Both the position numbers and the translations under genes were made by a program. From the NCBI GenBank assembly GCA_944358355.1, contig CALVQY010000001.1, positions 1 to 61,468 of the forward strand: DNA of 61,468 nucleotides, in the 5' to 3' direction. This document shows, one piece after another, positions 10,066-20,559 of the stretch. The number at the start of each line of letters is the position of its first letter. The stretch's first letter is position 1. This DNA comes from an uncultured Bacilli bacterium. GTDB lineage: Bacteria; Bacillota_I; Bacilli_A; RF39; UBA660. The notes beneath the pieces were generated by a model, which made no database searches, was not told the origin of the DNA, and worked only from the letters and a program-made list of their open reading frames with translations.

Positions 10066-12900
10066 ATGGCGAAAACAAAAACAAAAAGGAAATTAAAAAA
10101 GAATAATTTATTTATAATATTTTCTCTTATGTTTATTATTCTAATGATAGTAAGTTATTTTATTTTAGGATTATTAGTAACAGCTTTTATGGGCATAGGC
10201 ATACTAATAATTCTTGGAATAGCGAAACTTATAGATAAAACTAGAAATAAACCTAAGCAGAAAAAAATAGTAAATACAATTTTAATAATTGTTCTTTCTC
10301 TTGGAATATTAGGAATGCTTGCTGGTATTGTCTTTATGATTTATATTGCAATATCTGCAAATCCTAAATTCGTTGTTGAAAACTTAGATAGTAGTGAACC
10401 AAGTGTTGTATATGATATTAATAATGAAGAATATGCTAAACTAGGTAGTGAGATGCGTGACAAAGTTACTTATGATGAACTTCCTGAAGTTTTAGTTGAT
10501 GCAATAGTCGCTACAGAAGATTCAAGATTTTTCCAACATAATGGATTTGATGCACCAAGATTCTTCAAAGCATCTTTAGGTCAACTTGCTGGTAACTCTG
10601 ATGCTGGTGGTGCTTCTACCCTTTCCATGCAAGTTATTAAAAATAGTTTAACTTCAAGTGTTGATACTGGTATTAAGGGAATAATAAGAAAATTCCAAGA
10701 TATCTATTTATCAATCTTTAAACTAGAAAAAAATTATACTAAAGAACAAATCATAGAATTCTATGTAAATAATCACAATCTTGGTGATAACATATATGGT
10801 GTAAGTCAAGCCGCTAAAGCCTACTTTAATAAAGAGGTCGGTGACTTAAACTTAGCAGAAGCAAGTCTAATCGCTGGTATGTTCCAAGCACCAAACGCTT
10901 ACAAACCAACTGATGAAGATAATATTGAAGCTGCTACTAAAAGACGAAATACAGTTCTTTACCTAATGGAACGTCATGGATATATCACTGAAGAAGAAAG
11001 AGAAATGGCAAGTTCTATTAGTATTGAAAGCCTAGTTAATTATAATGAAAGTGCTGCTGCATCAAGTAATAGTGAATATCAAGGATATATTGATACAGTT
11101 GTTGCAGAAGTTCAAGAAAAATATAATATAAATCCTTATACAGTTTCTGTAAAAATATATACAAACTTAGATAGAACAAAACAAAATGGTCTAAATAGAG
11201 TTATGAATGGTGAAAGTTATAACTGGATTAATGATGTTATTCAAAGTGGTGTTGCCGTATTAGATAGTGATTCTGGTAAAATACTAGCCATTGGAGCAGG
11301 AAGAAATAAAAAAGGAGTCAACACCTTTAACTATGCAACCGATATGGTAAGACAGCCAGGTTCAACTGCTAAACCACTATTTGACTATGGTCCTTTAATT
11401 GAATATAACAATGCCTCTACTTTTGGATATAATGATGGTAATGATAACTACAGAATGTTTGTTGATGAACCTTATTCTTATACTAATGGCAAAGAAATAA
11501 ATAACTGGGATGGTAAATTCATGGGTAATATGACAACTAGAAGAGCATTATCATTATCAAGAAATATTCCAGCTTTAAAAGCTTTCCAACAAGTAGATAA
11601 TTCAAAAATAATAGAATTTGTAGAAAAATTAGGAATTGAACCTGAAGTAGAAAATGGTAAAATTCATGAAGCTCATGCTTTAGGAGCCTTTGATGGAGTA
11701 AATCCATTACAAATGGCCGCTGCTTATTCAGCATTTTCAAATGGAGGATATTACAATGAACCATATTCTGTAAACCGAGTAGTTATAAATTCTACTGGTG
11801 AAGAATATGAACATGAAAACGAAAAAACTAAAGTTATGGAAGACTCTACCGCTTATATGATTACAAGTATGCTTGATGATACTAGTATCACTGGTGGAGG
11901 TGCCATGGATAAAGTTGCTATGAAAACTGGTACTACTAACTTCCCAGAAGAAATAAGAGAAAGATATGGTATGGCTGATGATGCTATTAGAGATTCATGG
12001 GTTGTAGGATATACTACCAAAACAACAATCGCTATGTGGTATGGATATAAAGAAACTAATGAAGAAACTGTCGCTCAAGGTTACTATTGTCATAACACCG
12101 CTGGTACAGTTCAAAGAGATAGATTATTTACAGCAATTGCAAATGAAGTATTTGAATCTAATAAAGAAGACTTTACAATGCCTGATAGTGTTGTAAGAGT
12201 ACCTTTAGTAGCAGGTAGTTCTACTGCAAGAATAGCAGGAACAGGATATACTGGTAGTACTATATATGAATATTTCAAAAAAGATCATGAACCAAAAGGA
12301 AGTCAAGAAACAAGTAATTTAGCAACACCTACAGGATTAACTGCCACATATTCAAATGGTAATGTAAAACTATCATGGAATGATGTTAATCCAGGTAATG
12401 TAGATTCATCATATGGTGACTTTGGATATAATGTTTACTTTAATAATACTCTACTTGGCTTTACAACAAATACTAGTTATACAGTTAACAATCCAAGTAA
12501 TCCTTATGGTACATATAAAGTAGTCGCGACATTCCAAAAATATGACGGATTAAATAGTGACGCTGCTACATATGAATTAAAGAAACAAAGCAGTAATTTA
12601 AGAATAACAGCAAGTACTATAAACGTAGAAACATTTAATATTAGTGATATAACAAACTATGTAACTGTCTTAGATGATTCTACCAATGTCACGAGTGAGA
12701 CAAGTAACTGGACATTAGTAAGCATTTCTCCAAATATTGGAACTTCTATCTCAACTATTTCAACTGCTGGAACTTACACATTAAAATATAGATTCACATA
12801 TGATGGAGAAACAAAGGAAACAGGAAGTATAACTGTTAATGTCACTGGTACTACTCCACCAAATCCAGGAGATGGAACTACAACCACTCCTCAAACATAA
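10066..12900 (+). CDS. ponA: class A penicillin-binding protein 1A (transglycosylase/transpeptidase) with a C-terminal Ig/FN3-like extension
   Basis: 944 aa. GT51 motif EDSRFFQHNGFD; transpeptidase motifs STAKP, SLSRN and KTGTT; N-terminal TM segments. Confidence 0.93.
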   Translation: MAKTKTKRKLKKNNLFIIFSLMFIILMIVSYFILGLLVTAFMGIGILIILGIAKLIDKTRNKPKQKKIVNTILIIVLSLGILGMLAGIVFMIYIAISANPKFVVENLDSSEPSVVYDINNEEYAKLGSEMRDKVTYDELPEVLVDAIVATEDSRFFQHNGFDAPRFFKASLGQLAGNSDAGGASTLSMQVIKNSLTSSVDTGIKGIIRKFQDIYLSIFKLEKNYTKEQIIEFYVNNHNLGDNIYGVSQAAKAYFNKEVGDLNLAEASLIAGMFQAPNAYKPTDEDNIEAATKRRNTVLYLMERHGYITEEEREMASSISIESLVNYNESAAASSNSEYQGYIDTVVAEVQEKYNINPYTVSVKIYTNLDRTKQNGLNRVMNGESYNWINDVIQSGVAVLDSDSGKILAIGAGRNKKGVNTFNYATDMVRQPGSTAKPLFDYGPLIEYNNASTFGYNDGNDNYRMFVDEPYSYTNGKEINNWDGKFMGNMTTRRALSLSRNIPALKAFQQVDNSKIIEFVEKLGIEPEVENGKIHEAHALGAFDGVNPLQMAAAYSAFSNGGYYNEPYSVNRVVINSTGEEYEHENEKTKVMEDSTAYMITSMLDDTSITGGGAMDKVAMKTGTTNFPEEIRERYGMADDAIRDSWVVGYTTKTTIAMWYGYKETNEETVAQGYYCHNTAGTVQRDRLFTAIANEVFESNKEDFTMPDSVVRVPLVAGSSTARIAGTGYTGSTIYEYFKKDHEPKGSQETSNLATPTGLTATYSNGNVKLSWNDVNPGNVDSSYGDFGYNVYFNNTLLGFTTNTSYTVNNPSNPYGTYKVVATFQKYDGLNSDAATYELKKQSSNLRITASTINVETFNISDITNYVTVLDDSTNVTSETSNWTLVSISPNIGTSISTISTAGTYTLKYRFTYDGETKETGSITVNVTGTTPPNPGDGTTTTPQT

Positions 12901-12901
12901 A

Positions 12902-12926
12902 AAGAAGCTAAACTAGCTTCTTTTTT
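12902..12926. terminator. bidirectional intrinsic terminator (ponA / nth)
   Basis: AAGAAGCTA (12902-12910) pairs with TAGCTTCTT (12914-12922), followed by TTTT. This is a perfect 9-bp stem. Confidence 0.75.
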
Positions 12927-13572
12927 CATATCCACATACATCTTTTAATTTACAATCCTTACAATTAGGAGATACAGCTTTACAATAATATCTACCAAAA
13001 AGTACTAATTGTAAATGTATTCTTGACCACTCTTCTCGGTCAAAAGCTCTTTTTAATTTTTCTTCTATCTCTCTTACACTATCTTTATCTTTAACAAGAC
13101 CTAGTCGTTTAGAAACTCTTTCTACATGAGTATCAACAGCAAGAGCAGGGATTTTATAAAACTCACTGAAAAATACATTAACAGTCTTTCTACCTACTCC
13201 TGGAAACTCCTCTAATTTTTTTCTATTAATAGGAACAACACTATTATATTTAGATACTAATATATTAGCAATTTCTTTAATATAAAGAGCCTTTTTTCTA
13301 AATGAACCTATAGGTCTCAAAATATTTTCCAAATCATTTATATCAGCTTTACTTAACTTTTCCAAATTATTATACTTACCAAATAATATAGGAGTCACAC
13401 TATTAACTCTCTTATCAGTAGTTTGAGCACTAAGAACAATAGCAATTAATAGTTGATAGTCATTATTATAATTAAGTTCACATACAGGATTTTCAAATAA
13501 TTCATTTAAATAATCCCTAATAACATTAACTCTTTCACTCTTCTTCATCTTCATCAAACCAATCATAATCAA
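12913..13572 (-). CDS. nth: endonuclease III (DNA glycosylase/AP lyase)
   Basis: HhH-GPD motif LEEFPGVGRKTVNVF, AVDTHVERVSKRLG, and the C-terminal 4Fe-4S cluster C-x6-C-x2-C-x5-C. The true start is probably one of the internal Met codons (about 13548-13554). Confidence 0.92.
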   Translation of the reverse strand: MIMIGLMKMKKSERVNVIRDYLNELFENPVCELNYNNDYQLLIAIVLSAQTTDKRVNSVTPILFGKYNNLEKLSKADINDLENILRPIGSFRKKALYIKEIANILVSKYNSVVPINRKKLEEFPGVGRKTVNVFFSEFYKIPALAVDTHVERVSKRLGLVKDKDSVREIEEKLKRAFDREEWSRIHLQLVLFGRYYCKAVSPNCKDCKLKDVCGYEKRS

Positions 13573-14197
13573 ATAATTCTACAGGTTCTTTAATTTCTTT
13601 CTTCTTATTATTTAAGAAATGTCTAACCTCTTCCCCTGTCTTTAACCCTTTCTTATCCCATTCATATAAAATTTTATCAATATATCTAATACTTGAAACG
13701 CCATTTAACATTGCTTCTTTTACTGCTTCTATAATAATATCACTACTAAAATTACTAGACCAAGCTTTAATAAATTCTATTTCACTAGGACTTAAAGTTC
13801 TGCCAAATTCCTTCTCTATTGCTGAAAAAACATTACTATCAACTTGCTTTTCTAAACTATTATTATCCTCCAATATAACAGCAGCAAGTCTTTCATAAAA
13901 TAAACTTAAATCAACCTTTTCTTCAACAATTCCTTTATCATTTTTCACTGTACTTATCAATAAAAGTTTTTTATCACTTAAAGAAGAAATAAGTTCTAGG
14001 ACTTTAATTGTATCATAACCAAGTTCTAAAGCAATTTGTGAAGGATCAAAAAGAAATAAATTACCTTTCCCTCTCAAATACATAAGAAAAATAAATTCTT
14101 CTAAGCTTATATTTAGCGCTTTATATCTTCTATAGAAGTCTAAAGGTACAACTATATTCCCATCCATTAGTAAATTAATTAGATGCTTCTCTCTCAT
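13535..14197 (-). CDS. dnaD: DnaD-domain replication initiation / membrane attachment protein
   Basis: 220 aa. C-terminal DnaD/DnaB_2 repeat (EKEFGRTLSPSEIEFIKAW...IRYIDKILYEW). dnaD-nth adjacency as in Bacillus. Confidence 0.8.
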   Translation of the reverse strand: MREKHLINLLMDGNIVVPLDFYRRYKALNISLEEFIFLMYLRGKGNLFLFDPSQIALELGYDTIKVLELISSLSDKKLLLISTVKNDKGIVEEKVDLSLFYERLAAVILEDNNSLEKQVDSNVFSAIEKEFGRTLSPSEIEFIKAWSSNFSSDIIIEAVKEAMLNGVSSIRYIDKILYEWDKKGLKTGEEVRHFLNNKKKEIKEPVELFDYDWFDEDEEE

Positions 14198-15314
14198 TAA
14201 GTTCCTCCTTTTTTACTACTAAATTAGTATATATCCTTTTAACTGCAAAAAGCAACTTATTTCTTTCATTATCAACACTACCATTAAGAACTTCCTTTTC
14301 TAACACTTTCCAAATATCACTTAAAATAGGATCTTCTTTTATATTTAAGGAATTCATAATATCATAAGAATCTATTAATATATCACTTCTTTTATGAATA
14401 TTCATAGATTTATATACTTTCATTACTTTTCTTTTATTTATACCTAAAATCTCAGCTGCTACACTACATACATATAACCCGTAATAATAAAGCTTATCTT
14501 TACTGAGTGGACTATCATTCATAACAATTCTTATTTCTTTCATAAGTTGTAATTCATTTCTTGTAAAAGGATATATATCATCAACATTTAATACTGTCCA
14601 AACACCAATAACTTGACTGCAATTCTTAACTTTATCTAAGTTTTTAAGTTGTAATACATCCTCAAAATTTAAAAACTTTAGTAGATTAAGTCCTATATCA
14701 ATATTAACACTACTAAATATCTTATCAAGCTCTTCTTTTTTTCTATGAATTGACAAATTTTTAAGTAAATATTTATTTTCTTTAATCGCTTCAACTACTG
14801 CTGAAGAAAGTTCAAATTTTAAAGTAGTAGCAAACCTAACAGCTCTTAATATCCTAAGAGCATCAGTCGCAAAGGACTCCATAGGATCAATTATTGTTTG
14901 AATAATTCTTTTATTTATATCCTTTTTAAAGTCTAATAAATCAATGATATTTCCCTTTTTATCCATACATATTGCATTAATTGTAAAATCTCTTCTTTTC
15001 AAATCTGTAATTAAGTCATTAACATAAGTAATCTCTAAAGGGTGTCTATTATCCAAATAATAGTTTTCTTTCCTATAAGTAGTAATTTCAAATTTTATAT
15101 TATTATAATATATAGTAACAGAACCATACAACTCATTATCAACATTTGCATTAGGAAATATTTTAATTAAATCCTTAGGTTTAGCATTAGTAGTAATATC
15201 AACATCATTAGATTTAATTCCCATTATATAGTCACGAACAAATCCTCCTACAATGTATGCTTCATAAGAATTATCTTCAATTATATTTAAAACTTTTAAA
15301 GCCGTATCTAACAT
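14175..15314 (-). CDS. cca: CCA-adding tRNA nucleotidyltransferase
   Basis: 379 aa. Pol-beta NTase head motif GGFVRDYIMGIKSNDVDITT and RRDFTINA. Confidence 0.88.
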   Translation of the reverse strand: MLDTALKVLNIIEDNSYEAYIVGGFVRDYIMGIKSNDVDITTNAKPKDLIKIFPNANVDNELYGSVTIYYNNIKFEITTYRKENYYLDNRHPLEITYVNDLITDLKRRDFTINAICMDKKGNIIDLLDFKKDINKRIIQTIIDPMESFATDALRILRAVRFATTLKFELSSAVVEAIKENKYLLKNLSIHRKKEELDKIFSSVNIDIGLNLLKFLNFEDVLQLKNLDKVKNCSQVIGVWTVLNVDDIYPFTRNELQLMKEIRIVMNDSPLSKDKLYYYGLYVCSVAAEILGINKRKVMKVYKSMNIHKRSDILIDSYDIMNSLNIKEDPILSDIWKVLEKEVLNGSVDNERNKLLFAVKRIYTNLVVKKEELNEREASN

Positions 15315-15397
15315 TACTTTATCACAACCTTTTCCATATACATTTTATCATCTATTAAGATATTTTTAAAGTAATCACTATTACTTGTTCTGTTAAT

Positions 15398-15652
15398 CTA
15401 ATGTATATACTCTTTCCATAATAACAAAATCCATAATATTAAAAACAAAATATTAACAACATAAAATTTAATTTTTAAGGTTTTATGTCTAAAGAAAAAC
15501 ATTGCAAATAATGCCCCTAAAGTTCCTCCAAATATACTAAACAAAAACAGAATTTTTTCACTAATTCTATAATAATGTTCAAAAGCAAGAAATTTATCTA
15601 CTCCATAAATAATAAAAGTTAAAATATTAATAACAATTAGATATATTATCAT
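15398..15652 (-). CDS. DUF1294-family small membrane protein
   Basis: 84 aa, three hydrophobic helices. YGVDKFLA...RISEK..L..S.FGG..GA...M..FRHKT is the pattern I associate with DUF1294. Confidence 0.6.
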   Translation of the reverse strand: MIIYLIVINILTFIIYGVDKFLAFEHYYRISEKILFLFSIFGGTLGALFAMFFFRHKTLKIKFYVVNILFLILWILLLWKEYIH

Positions 15653-15654
15653 AA

Positions 15655-15676
15655 AGAAAAAAAGCCATATAGGCTT
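15655..15676 (-). terminator. intrinsic terminator after hup
   Basis: AAGCC / GGCTT stem (15662-15666 and 15672-15676) followed on the minus strand by a 7-nt U run. Confidence 0.55.
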
Positions 15677-15679
15677 ATT

Positions 15680-15952
15680 TTAGTTTACTGCATCTTTAAG
15701 AGCAGATCCTGCTTTAAATGAAACAGCATTTCTTGCTGCAATACTAACAGTCTCACCAGTTCTAGGATTACGTCCTTCACGAGCAGCTCTTTCTGAAACA
15801 CTAAATGTACCAAATCCAACTAATGTAATTTTATCTCCATTAGCTAAGGCTTCAGTAATAGTTTCACAGAAAGCATCAATAGCACGAGTTGCATCAGCTT
15901 TAGTTAAACCAGCTTTTTCTGCAACAGCTTCAACTAATTCTACTTTTTTCAT
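15680..15952 (-). CDS. hup: DNA-binding protein HU
   Basis: 90 aa. MKKVELVEAVAEKAGLTKADATRAIDAF...GFGTFSVSERAAREGRNPRTGE is canonical HU. Confidence 0.97.
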   Translation of the reverse strand: MKKVELVEAVAEKAGLTKADATRAIDAFCETITEALANGDKITLVGFGTFSVSERAAREGRNPRTGETVSIAARNAVSFKAGSALKDAVN

Positions 15953-16049
15953 TTATAATACCTCCTATTAATTTAAGCATATATCTTGCTTACATAATAA
16001 GAATAGCATGAAAGCCTTTCTAAATCAATGATTTTTACTGATTTTTACA

Positions 16050-17681
16050 TCAATTATTTGGTATTTGTAGTACTTGACCAATAGAAAGTAAATTAGATGT
16101 TAAATTATTTAAAGTTTTAATAGCATCAACTGTAGTTCCAAATTTATTAGCAATACTCCATAAACTATCACCTGAGGCTACTGTATAGGTAGTATAAGTA
16201 GGATTAGTTGGAAAATTAGAGCCTGCTGTAGGAATAATTAGTACTTGTCCAATTGAAAGTAAATTAGATGTCAAACTATTTGCAGATTTTAAATTATTAA
16301 CAGTAACACCAAAACGATTTGCTATACTCCATAAACTATCACCTGAGGCTACTGTATAAGTAGTAGGAACTGTTACGTTATCTTCACTATCTTCTAAATC
16401 ATCTCCAGCACTGATTCCAGGTATAATTAATGATTGGCCTATACTTAAAGTATCACTAACTAAATCATTAGCATCTTTTATCTCTTGTACAGTAACTCCA
16501 AAACGTCTTGCTATACTCCAAAGACTATCTCCTCTTCCTACTGTATAATAAAATACTGCCCCATTTTCTTCACCATTATCTTCTTCATTAGTTCCTGGAA
16601 TAAGTAAAACTTGTCCTACACTTAAAGTATCACTAGTTAATTTATTAAGATCTCTTATTTGTTGAACCGTTACTCCAAATCTATTACCAATACTCCATAA
16701 GCTATCTCCCTTTACTACTGTATAAGGAAAAGATGGCCCTGTAATATTATCATTACCTTCATTACCATTACTTACACCCGGAATTATTAATACTTGTCCT
16801 ATACTCAAGGTATCACTAGTTAAATTGTTAGCTTGCCTTAAATCATTAACACTTATTCCATAACGACTTGCTATACTCCATAAACTATCACCTCTTTGCA
16901 CAGTATAAGTAACATTACCACTTGGAGGAACATTTCCATTATTACTTGGTATCCTTAAAACCTGTCCAACACTTAAGGTATCACTAGTTAAATTGTTAGC
17001 ATCTCTTAAAGCTTGTACAGTTACTCCATATCTTCTAGCAATACTATAAAGACTATCACCTTTTACTACTGTATAGAAATTATTACTACTACCTTCAGGT
17101 GGAATATAAGTAACACCAGCGTACTCTGCAATCGCTCTAACTACTGCTTCTACATAATTTAATAAATCATTTTGTAATTTAACTCTATCATTAGCATTAT
17201 CAATAAAACCATATTCAACTAATAATGATTGCATAGGAGAAGTTTCTCTAATAATATAATAATAATCTTTAGAAGGATCTTCAGGAAGTCTTCTCTGATA
17301 ATACTTACGCATAATTTGTCCTTCACTACCTATCTCTTCTAAGATAGACTGTGCTAAAGTAGAATTATTACGTAAAGCATAAATAACTTCTGCTCCTTCT
17401 CCGCCACCTGCATTTATATGATTAGAAATAAGTATAGCATTACTACTACCTCCAAAAGCTTCATTAGCACGTCTAAGACGATCTTCTCTACTTAAATTCT
17501 CATCATAATCTCTAGTTAAAACAGCAGGTATCCCTAATTCTCGTAATCTATCATACATATATAGCGATGCTTCTAATGTAAAGTCTTTCTCTTGTAAACC
17601 ATTAGAAACAGCACCAGGATCAGCACCCCCGTGTGAAGGAAGCAGAAAGTCCCAAATATTAAATATTATTCTAAAATTCAA
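16050..17681 (-). CDS. N-acetylmuramoyl-L-alanine amidase (Amidase_3) with six C-terminal LysM repeats; this is the 3' segment of a gene split by the element to its right
   Basis: The catalytic domain starts abruptly at ..PSHGGADPGAVSNGLQEKDF. The first ~16 codons of the track ORF (MNFRIIFNIWDFLLPS) are element-derived and overlap the recombinase stop. There are six repeats of YTV..GDSLWSIA.RFGVTV..L...N.L.S..L.IGQ.L.IP. The genuine N-terminus lies at 32834-32793. Confidence 0.9.
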   Translation of the reverse strand: MNFRIIFNIWDFLLPSHGGADPGAVSNGLQEKDFTLEASLYMYDRLRELGIPAVLTRDYDENLSREDRLRRANEAFGGSSNAILISNHINAGGGEGAEVIYALRNNSTLAQSILEEIGSEGQIMRKYYQRRLPEDPSKDYYYIIRETSPMQSLLVEYGFIDNANDRVKLQNDLLNYVEAVVRAIAEYAGVTYIPPEGSSNNFYTVVKGDSLYSIARRYGVTVQALRDANNLTSDTLSVGQVLRIPSNNGNVPPSGNVTYTVQRGDSLWSIASRYGISVNDLRQANNLTSDTLSIGQVLIIPGVSNGNEGNDNITGPSFPYTVVKGDSLWSIGNRFGVTVQQIRDLNKLTSDTLSVGQVLLIPGTNEEDNGEENGAVFYYTVGRGDSLWSIARRFGVTVQEIKDANDLVSDTLSIGQSLIIPGISAGDDLEDSEDNVTVPTTYTVASGDSLWSIANRFGVTVNNLKSANSLTSNLLSIGQVLIIPTAGSNFPTNPTYTTYTVASGDSLWSIANKFGTTVDAIKTLNNLTSNLLSIGQVLQIPNN

Positions 17682-19266
17682 AGTTCCATTCTATTTCAAT
17701 ATCTCTTGATTTAGTTTCTTTATCATAAACTCCTATATAAACCTTATCAATAAATTCATCTACTATTACTTTATTTAACTTACTTATATGTTTATATTTC
17801 TTTAAAATATCTTTTGCTTGTTTCTTATTATCAAGTCTCTGCTTTAAAGATTCTATTTCTTCATCTATTATAGAAACTCTTCTATTCATCTCTTCTATTT
17901 CTTTAGTATAATCACTTGATAACATCTTAAACATATCTTCAGTTATTACAAAATTAGCTTTATCTTCATAAAGTTTTCTATAATACGTTTTCTCTTCTTC
18001 TATTTTCCTATTAAGTAAAACCTTTTCTTGTTCTAGTATCTGAATTTCTTCATCATTTGTATTTTTAGATTCTCTGATGTTATATTCATTTTCTAGCTTT
18101 TCTTTATCATAATAGTTATCTAGTAAATCATTAATAGCATTTAATAAAACTTCTTCTAACTCATCTAACCTTATCGCTTTATTATTACAACAATTATGAA
18201 ATCTTCTAACACCCTTACATTGTAAATATGCTCTTTTACCATCCTTTACATTATAAACATTTCTCATAAATACCTTTTTACAGTTAAGACAATACACTTT
18301 TTTACTTAAGAAATGTATTTCACCTGATTTAATAGGGCATTCATGACTAGCAAGTCTTTTCTGTACCTTTTCCCAAGTATCTTTAGAAATAATAGACTCA
18401 TGAGCATTTTCTATTCTACACCAATCTTTTTTAGGTACAGTTTTAAACTTATGAACTTTATATCCTAAAGATGTTTTTTTACCCTGTACTAAATTACCAA
18501 TATATACTTCATTCCTAAGAATTTTTGCAATTGTATCATTAGTCCAACGCACACTATCATAATCGCAAGTTCCAGATACATACTTACTTCCATTTTGCTT
18601 TTTATATAAAGCTGGTGTTAAGACGTTAGCATTATTTAAATATTCGCTTATCTTATAATACCCATAACCATTCTCATACATTTTAAAAATATCTTTCACA
18701 ACTTTACTAGCGACAGGATCAATAACTAACTTATGTTTATCTTCACTACTTCTCATATAACCATAAGGTGCAAAACTACCCATAAATAAGCCATCTTCTC
18801 TTTTATTCTTTAATGATTTCTTAATATTTTGTGATAAGTCATCTAAATACCATTCATTTATTAGCCCATTAATTTGTCTTGATTTCTTATTAGATTCAAT
18901 ATTAGTATCAGCATTATCCACAATACTAACAAATCTAACATTCCATAGGGTGAACTTATTATGTAAGTATTTTTCTATTATCTCCATGTCTCTTGAAAAC
19001 CTAGATTGTGTTTTACATAAAACTAAATTAATTCTACCACTTTCACAATCTTTAATTAATCGTTCAAATTCAGGTCTATAAGTACCTGCCCCAGAGAAAT
19101 CATCATCAGAATAAATATCTACAACATCCCAGCCTTGCTTAAGAGCATATTTAATACACATACTCCTTTGATTTACAATACTATCACTATCATCATTCTT
19201 ATTAGCTTTAAACCTATCTTCATCAGATAATCTACAATATACACCTACCTTTTCTATCATAGCCAT
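17671..19266 (-). CDS. large serine recombinase (resolvase domain + recombinase domain + zinc ribbon + coiled coil)
   Basis: 531 aa. N-terminal catalytic block VGVYCRLSDEDR, NQR and the resolvase core. Cys-rich ribbon C-x2-C...C...C (CLNCKKVF..LQCKG..HNCCN). Long C-terminal coiled coil, as in the SpoIVCA and phage integrase class. Confidence 0.9.
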   Translation of the reverse strand: MAMIEKVGVYCRLSDEDRFKANKNDDSDSIVNQRSMCIKYALKQGWDVVDIYSDDDFSGAGTYRPEFERLIKDCESGRINLVLCKTQSRFSRDMEIIEKYLHNKFTLWNVRFVSIVDNADTNIESNKKSRQINGLINEWYLDDLSQNIKKSLKNKREDGLFMGSFAPYGYMRSSEDKHKLVIDPVASKVVKDIFKMYENGYGYYKISEYLNNANVLTPALYKKQNGSKYVSGTCDYDSVRWTNDTIAKILRNEVYIGNLVQGKKTSLGYKVHKFKTVPKKDWCRIENAHESIISKDTWEKVQKRLASHECPIKSGEIHFLSKKVYCLNCKKVFMRNVYNVKDGKRAYLQCKGVRRFHNCCNNKAIRLDELEEVLLNAINDLLDNYYDKEKLENEYNIRESKNTNDEEIQILEQEKVLLNRKIEEEKTYYRKLYEDKANFVITEDMFKMLSSDYTKEIEEMNRRVSIIDEEIESLKQRLDNKKQAKDILKKYKHISKLNKVIVDEFIDKVYIGVYDKETKSRDIEIEWNFEF

Positions 19267-19329
19267 TCCTCCAATTTCTTTAAAGAATGACTACAAACAC
19301 TTTTAAATACAAACACATTATAACTCATT

Positions 19330-19473
19330 TTAAACTCTATTTAAACTAGAAGTATTATTGTTTTCTAAAATAAGTATAATATTTAACCATTTTTTATTAA
19401 ATATATCTTTCAATTCTTCATTCGTTTTAGTATCACATTTAAACCTATATTTTACATTATATTTTACCTCCAT
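19330..19473 (-). CDS. possible 47-aa ORF upstream of the recombinase gene (below the ORF-track cutoff); candidate directionality factor or unknown
   Basis: ATG at 19473 preceded by AAGGGGG at optimal spacing. Reads MEVKYNVKYRFKCDTKTNEELKDIFNKKWLNIILILENNNTSSLNRV. No homology evidence. Confidence 0.3.
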   Translation of the reverse strand: MEVKYNVKYRFKCDTKTNEELKDIFNKKWLNIILILENNNTSSLNRV

Positions 19474-19535
19474 TTATCTAACCCCCTTTTATTATTAATT
19501 ATAAAATATGCCTCCTCATTAAATCATCTCTCTTT

Positions 19536-20021
19536 CTATAAATCTTTTAATAGTTCATTCATTTCTTCTATTTCTTCTTTAGTTGCACTAAGACTATTAC
19601 ACATTTCTTTCTGTTCTAACCAAACAGGAATAATTTCTTTATTTTTATATTTATTATTATTTTTCTTATAATTATTATTTATTTTATGATAGCAATTACT
19701 TTCTATGGATTTATCGCAAGTTTCTGCTACTCTATTAGAAGTTTTTGTTGGTATCTTTTCCTTATTTAGATATATTTTTCTTCTTCCATTATCAGTTCTA
19801 ACAAATATATACTCTTCTAATTTCAATTTAGATAAAGCAAGAGTTACTGTTCTAACTGATATATTTAGGTTATCTGCAAAATACTTATTACTAGCAAAAC
19901 AATAGTTATTTTTTAAGGTAAGTGACACGATAAGCCCCATAAGTAATTTTTCTGTACTTGATAAGTTCTTATCACTTAATACTATTCTTGGAGTTATGCT
20001 AAAAGTACAATCTAATTGCAT
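19536..20021 (-). CDS. winged-helix / HTH-domain protein typical of mobile-element replication or regulation modules
   Basis: 161 aa. LSSTEKLLMGLIVSL...CFASNKYFADNLNISVRTVTLALSKLKLEEYI matches the pattern of HTH_36-like plasmid and phage proteins. Confidence 0.5.
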   Translation of the reverse strand: MQLDCTFSITPRIVLSDKNLSSTEKLLMGLIVSLTLKNNYCFASNKYFADNLNISVRTVTLALSKLKLEEYIFVRTDNGRRKIYLNKEKIPTKTSNRVAETCDKSIESNCYHKINNNYKKNNNKYKNKEIIPVWLEQKEMCNSLSATKEEIEEMNELLKDL

Positions 20022-20146
20022 AGTTTCCCTTTCTTAATATAGGGACTTTCTTTAACCATTATTATTTATTCTATATCTCTTATAGAAAAGGTACTAACAT
20101 AAGCCTCTAATCTTACTGTACCTCTTAACTAACGTCTTTAGACCCT

Positions 20147-20404
20147 TTAGTTAAGTTTTACGGTGTACATACCGTTATCATACTCTTGATATACTAGATA
20201 TTTTCCCTGTTCTAGTTTTTCAAGATTTTTTCTCAAACCCTTATTAGTAATTCTAACAGTCTGTTGTATCTCGCCTACATTTATATCTGTAAAGTATCTA
20301 TTATACCCTTTAGAATAAATATAAGTATAAATGTACTTAGCTTCTTTTGGAATAGATTTATCTTTCCAAATCGCTTGTACTACTCTAAACTGACTCTTAA
20401 TCAT
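20147..20404 (-). CDS. small winged-helix DNA-binding protein
   Basis: 85 aa. AKYIYTYIYSKG...VGEIQQTVRITNKGLRKNLEKLEQGKYL resembles the N-terminal domain of the preceding gene product. Confidence 0.45.
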   Translation of the reverse strand: MIKSQFRVVQAIWKDKSIPKEAKYIYTYIYSKGYNRYFTDINVGEIQQTVRITNKGLRKNLEKLEQGKYLVYQEYDNGMYTVKLN

Positions 20405-20559
20405 TCATATGTTTCCTCCTTTCTTTGATGAGTTTTACATCAATTCGCTAATACTATAACATTAAGTATTGAGTTTGTCAACACTATAATTACTATTTTG
20501 TTGATTTTTACATCATAATATGTTATAATTTCTTTATCAAGAAAAAGAGGTGTAATTTA

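Noticed and set aside
16050-17100. Six ~200-nt near-repeats that might be taken for a tandem repeat array
   Set aside because: They are in frame and encode six LysM modules plus linkers of the amidase. This is ordinary intragenic domain repetition, not a CRISPR or satellite array.
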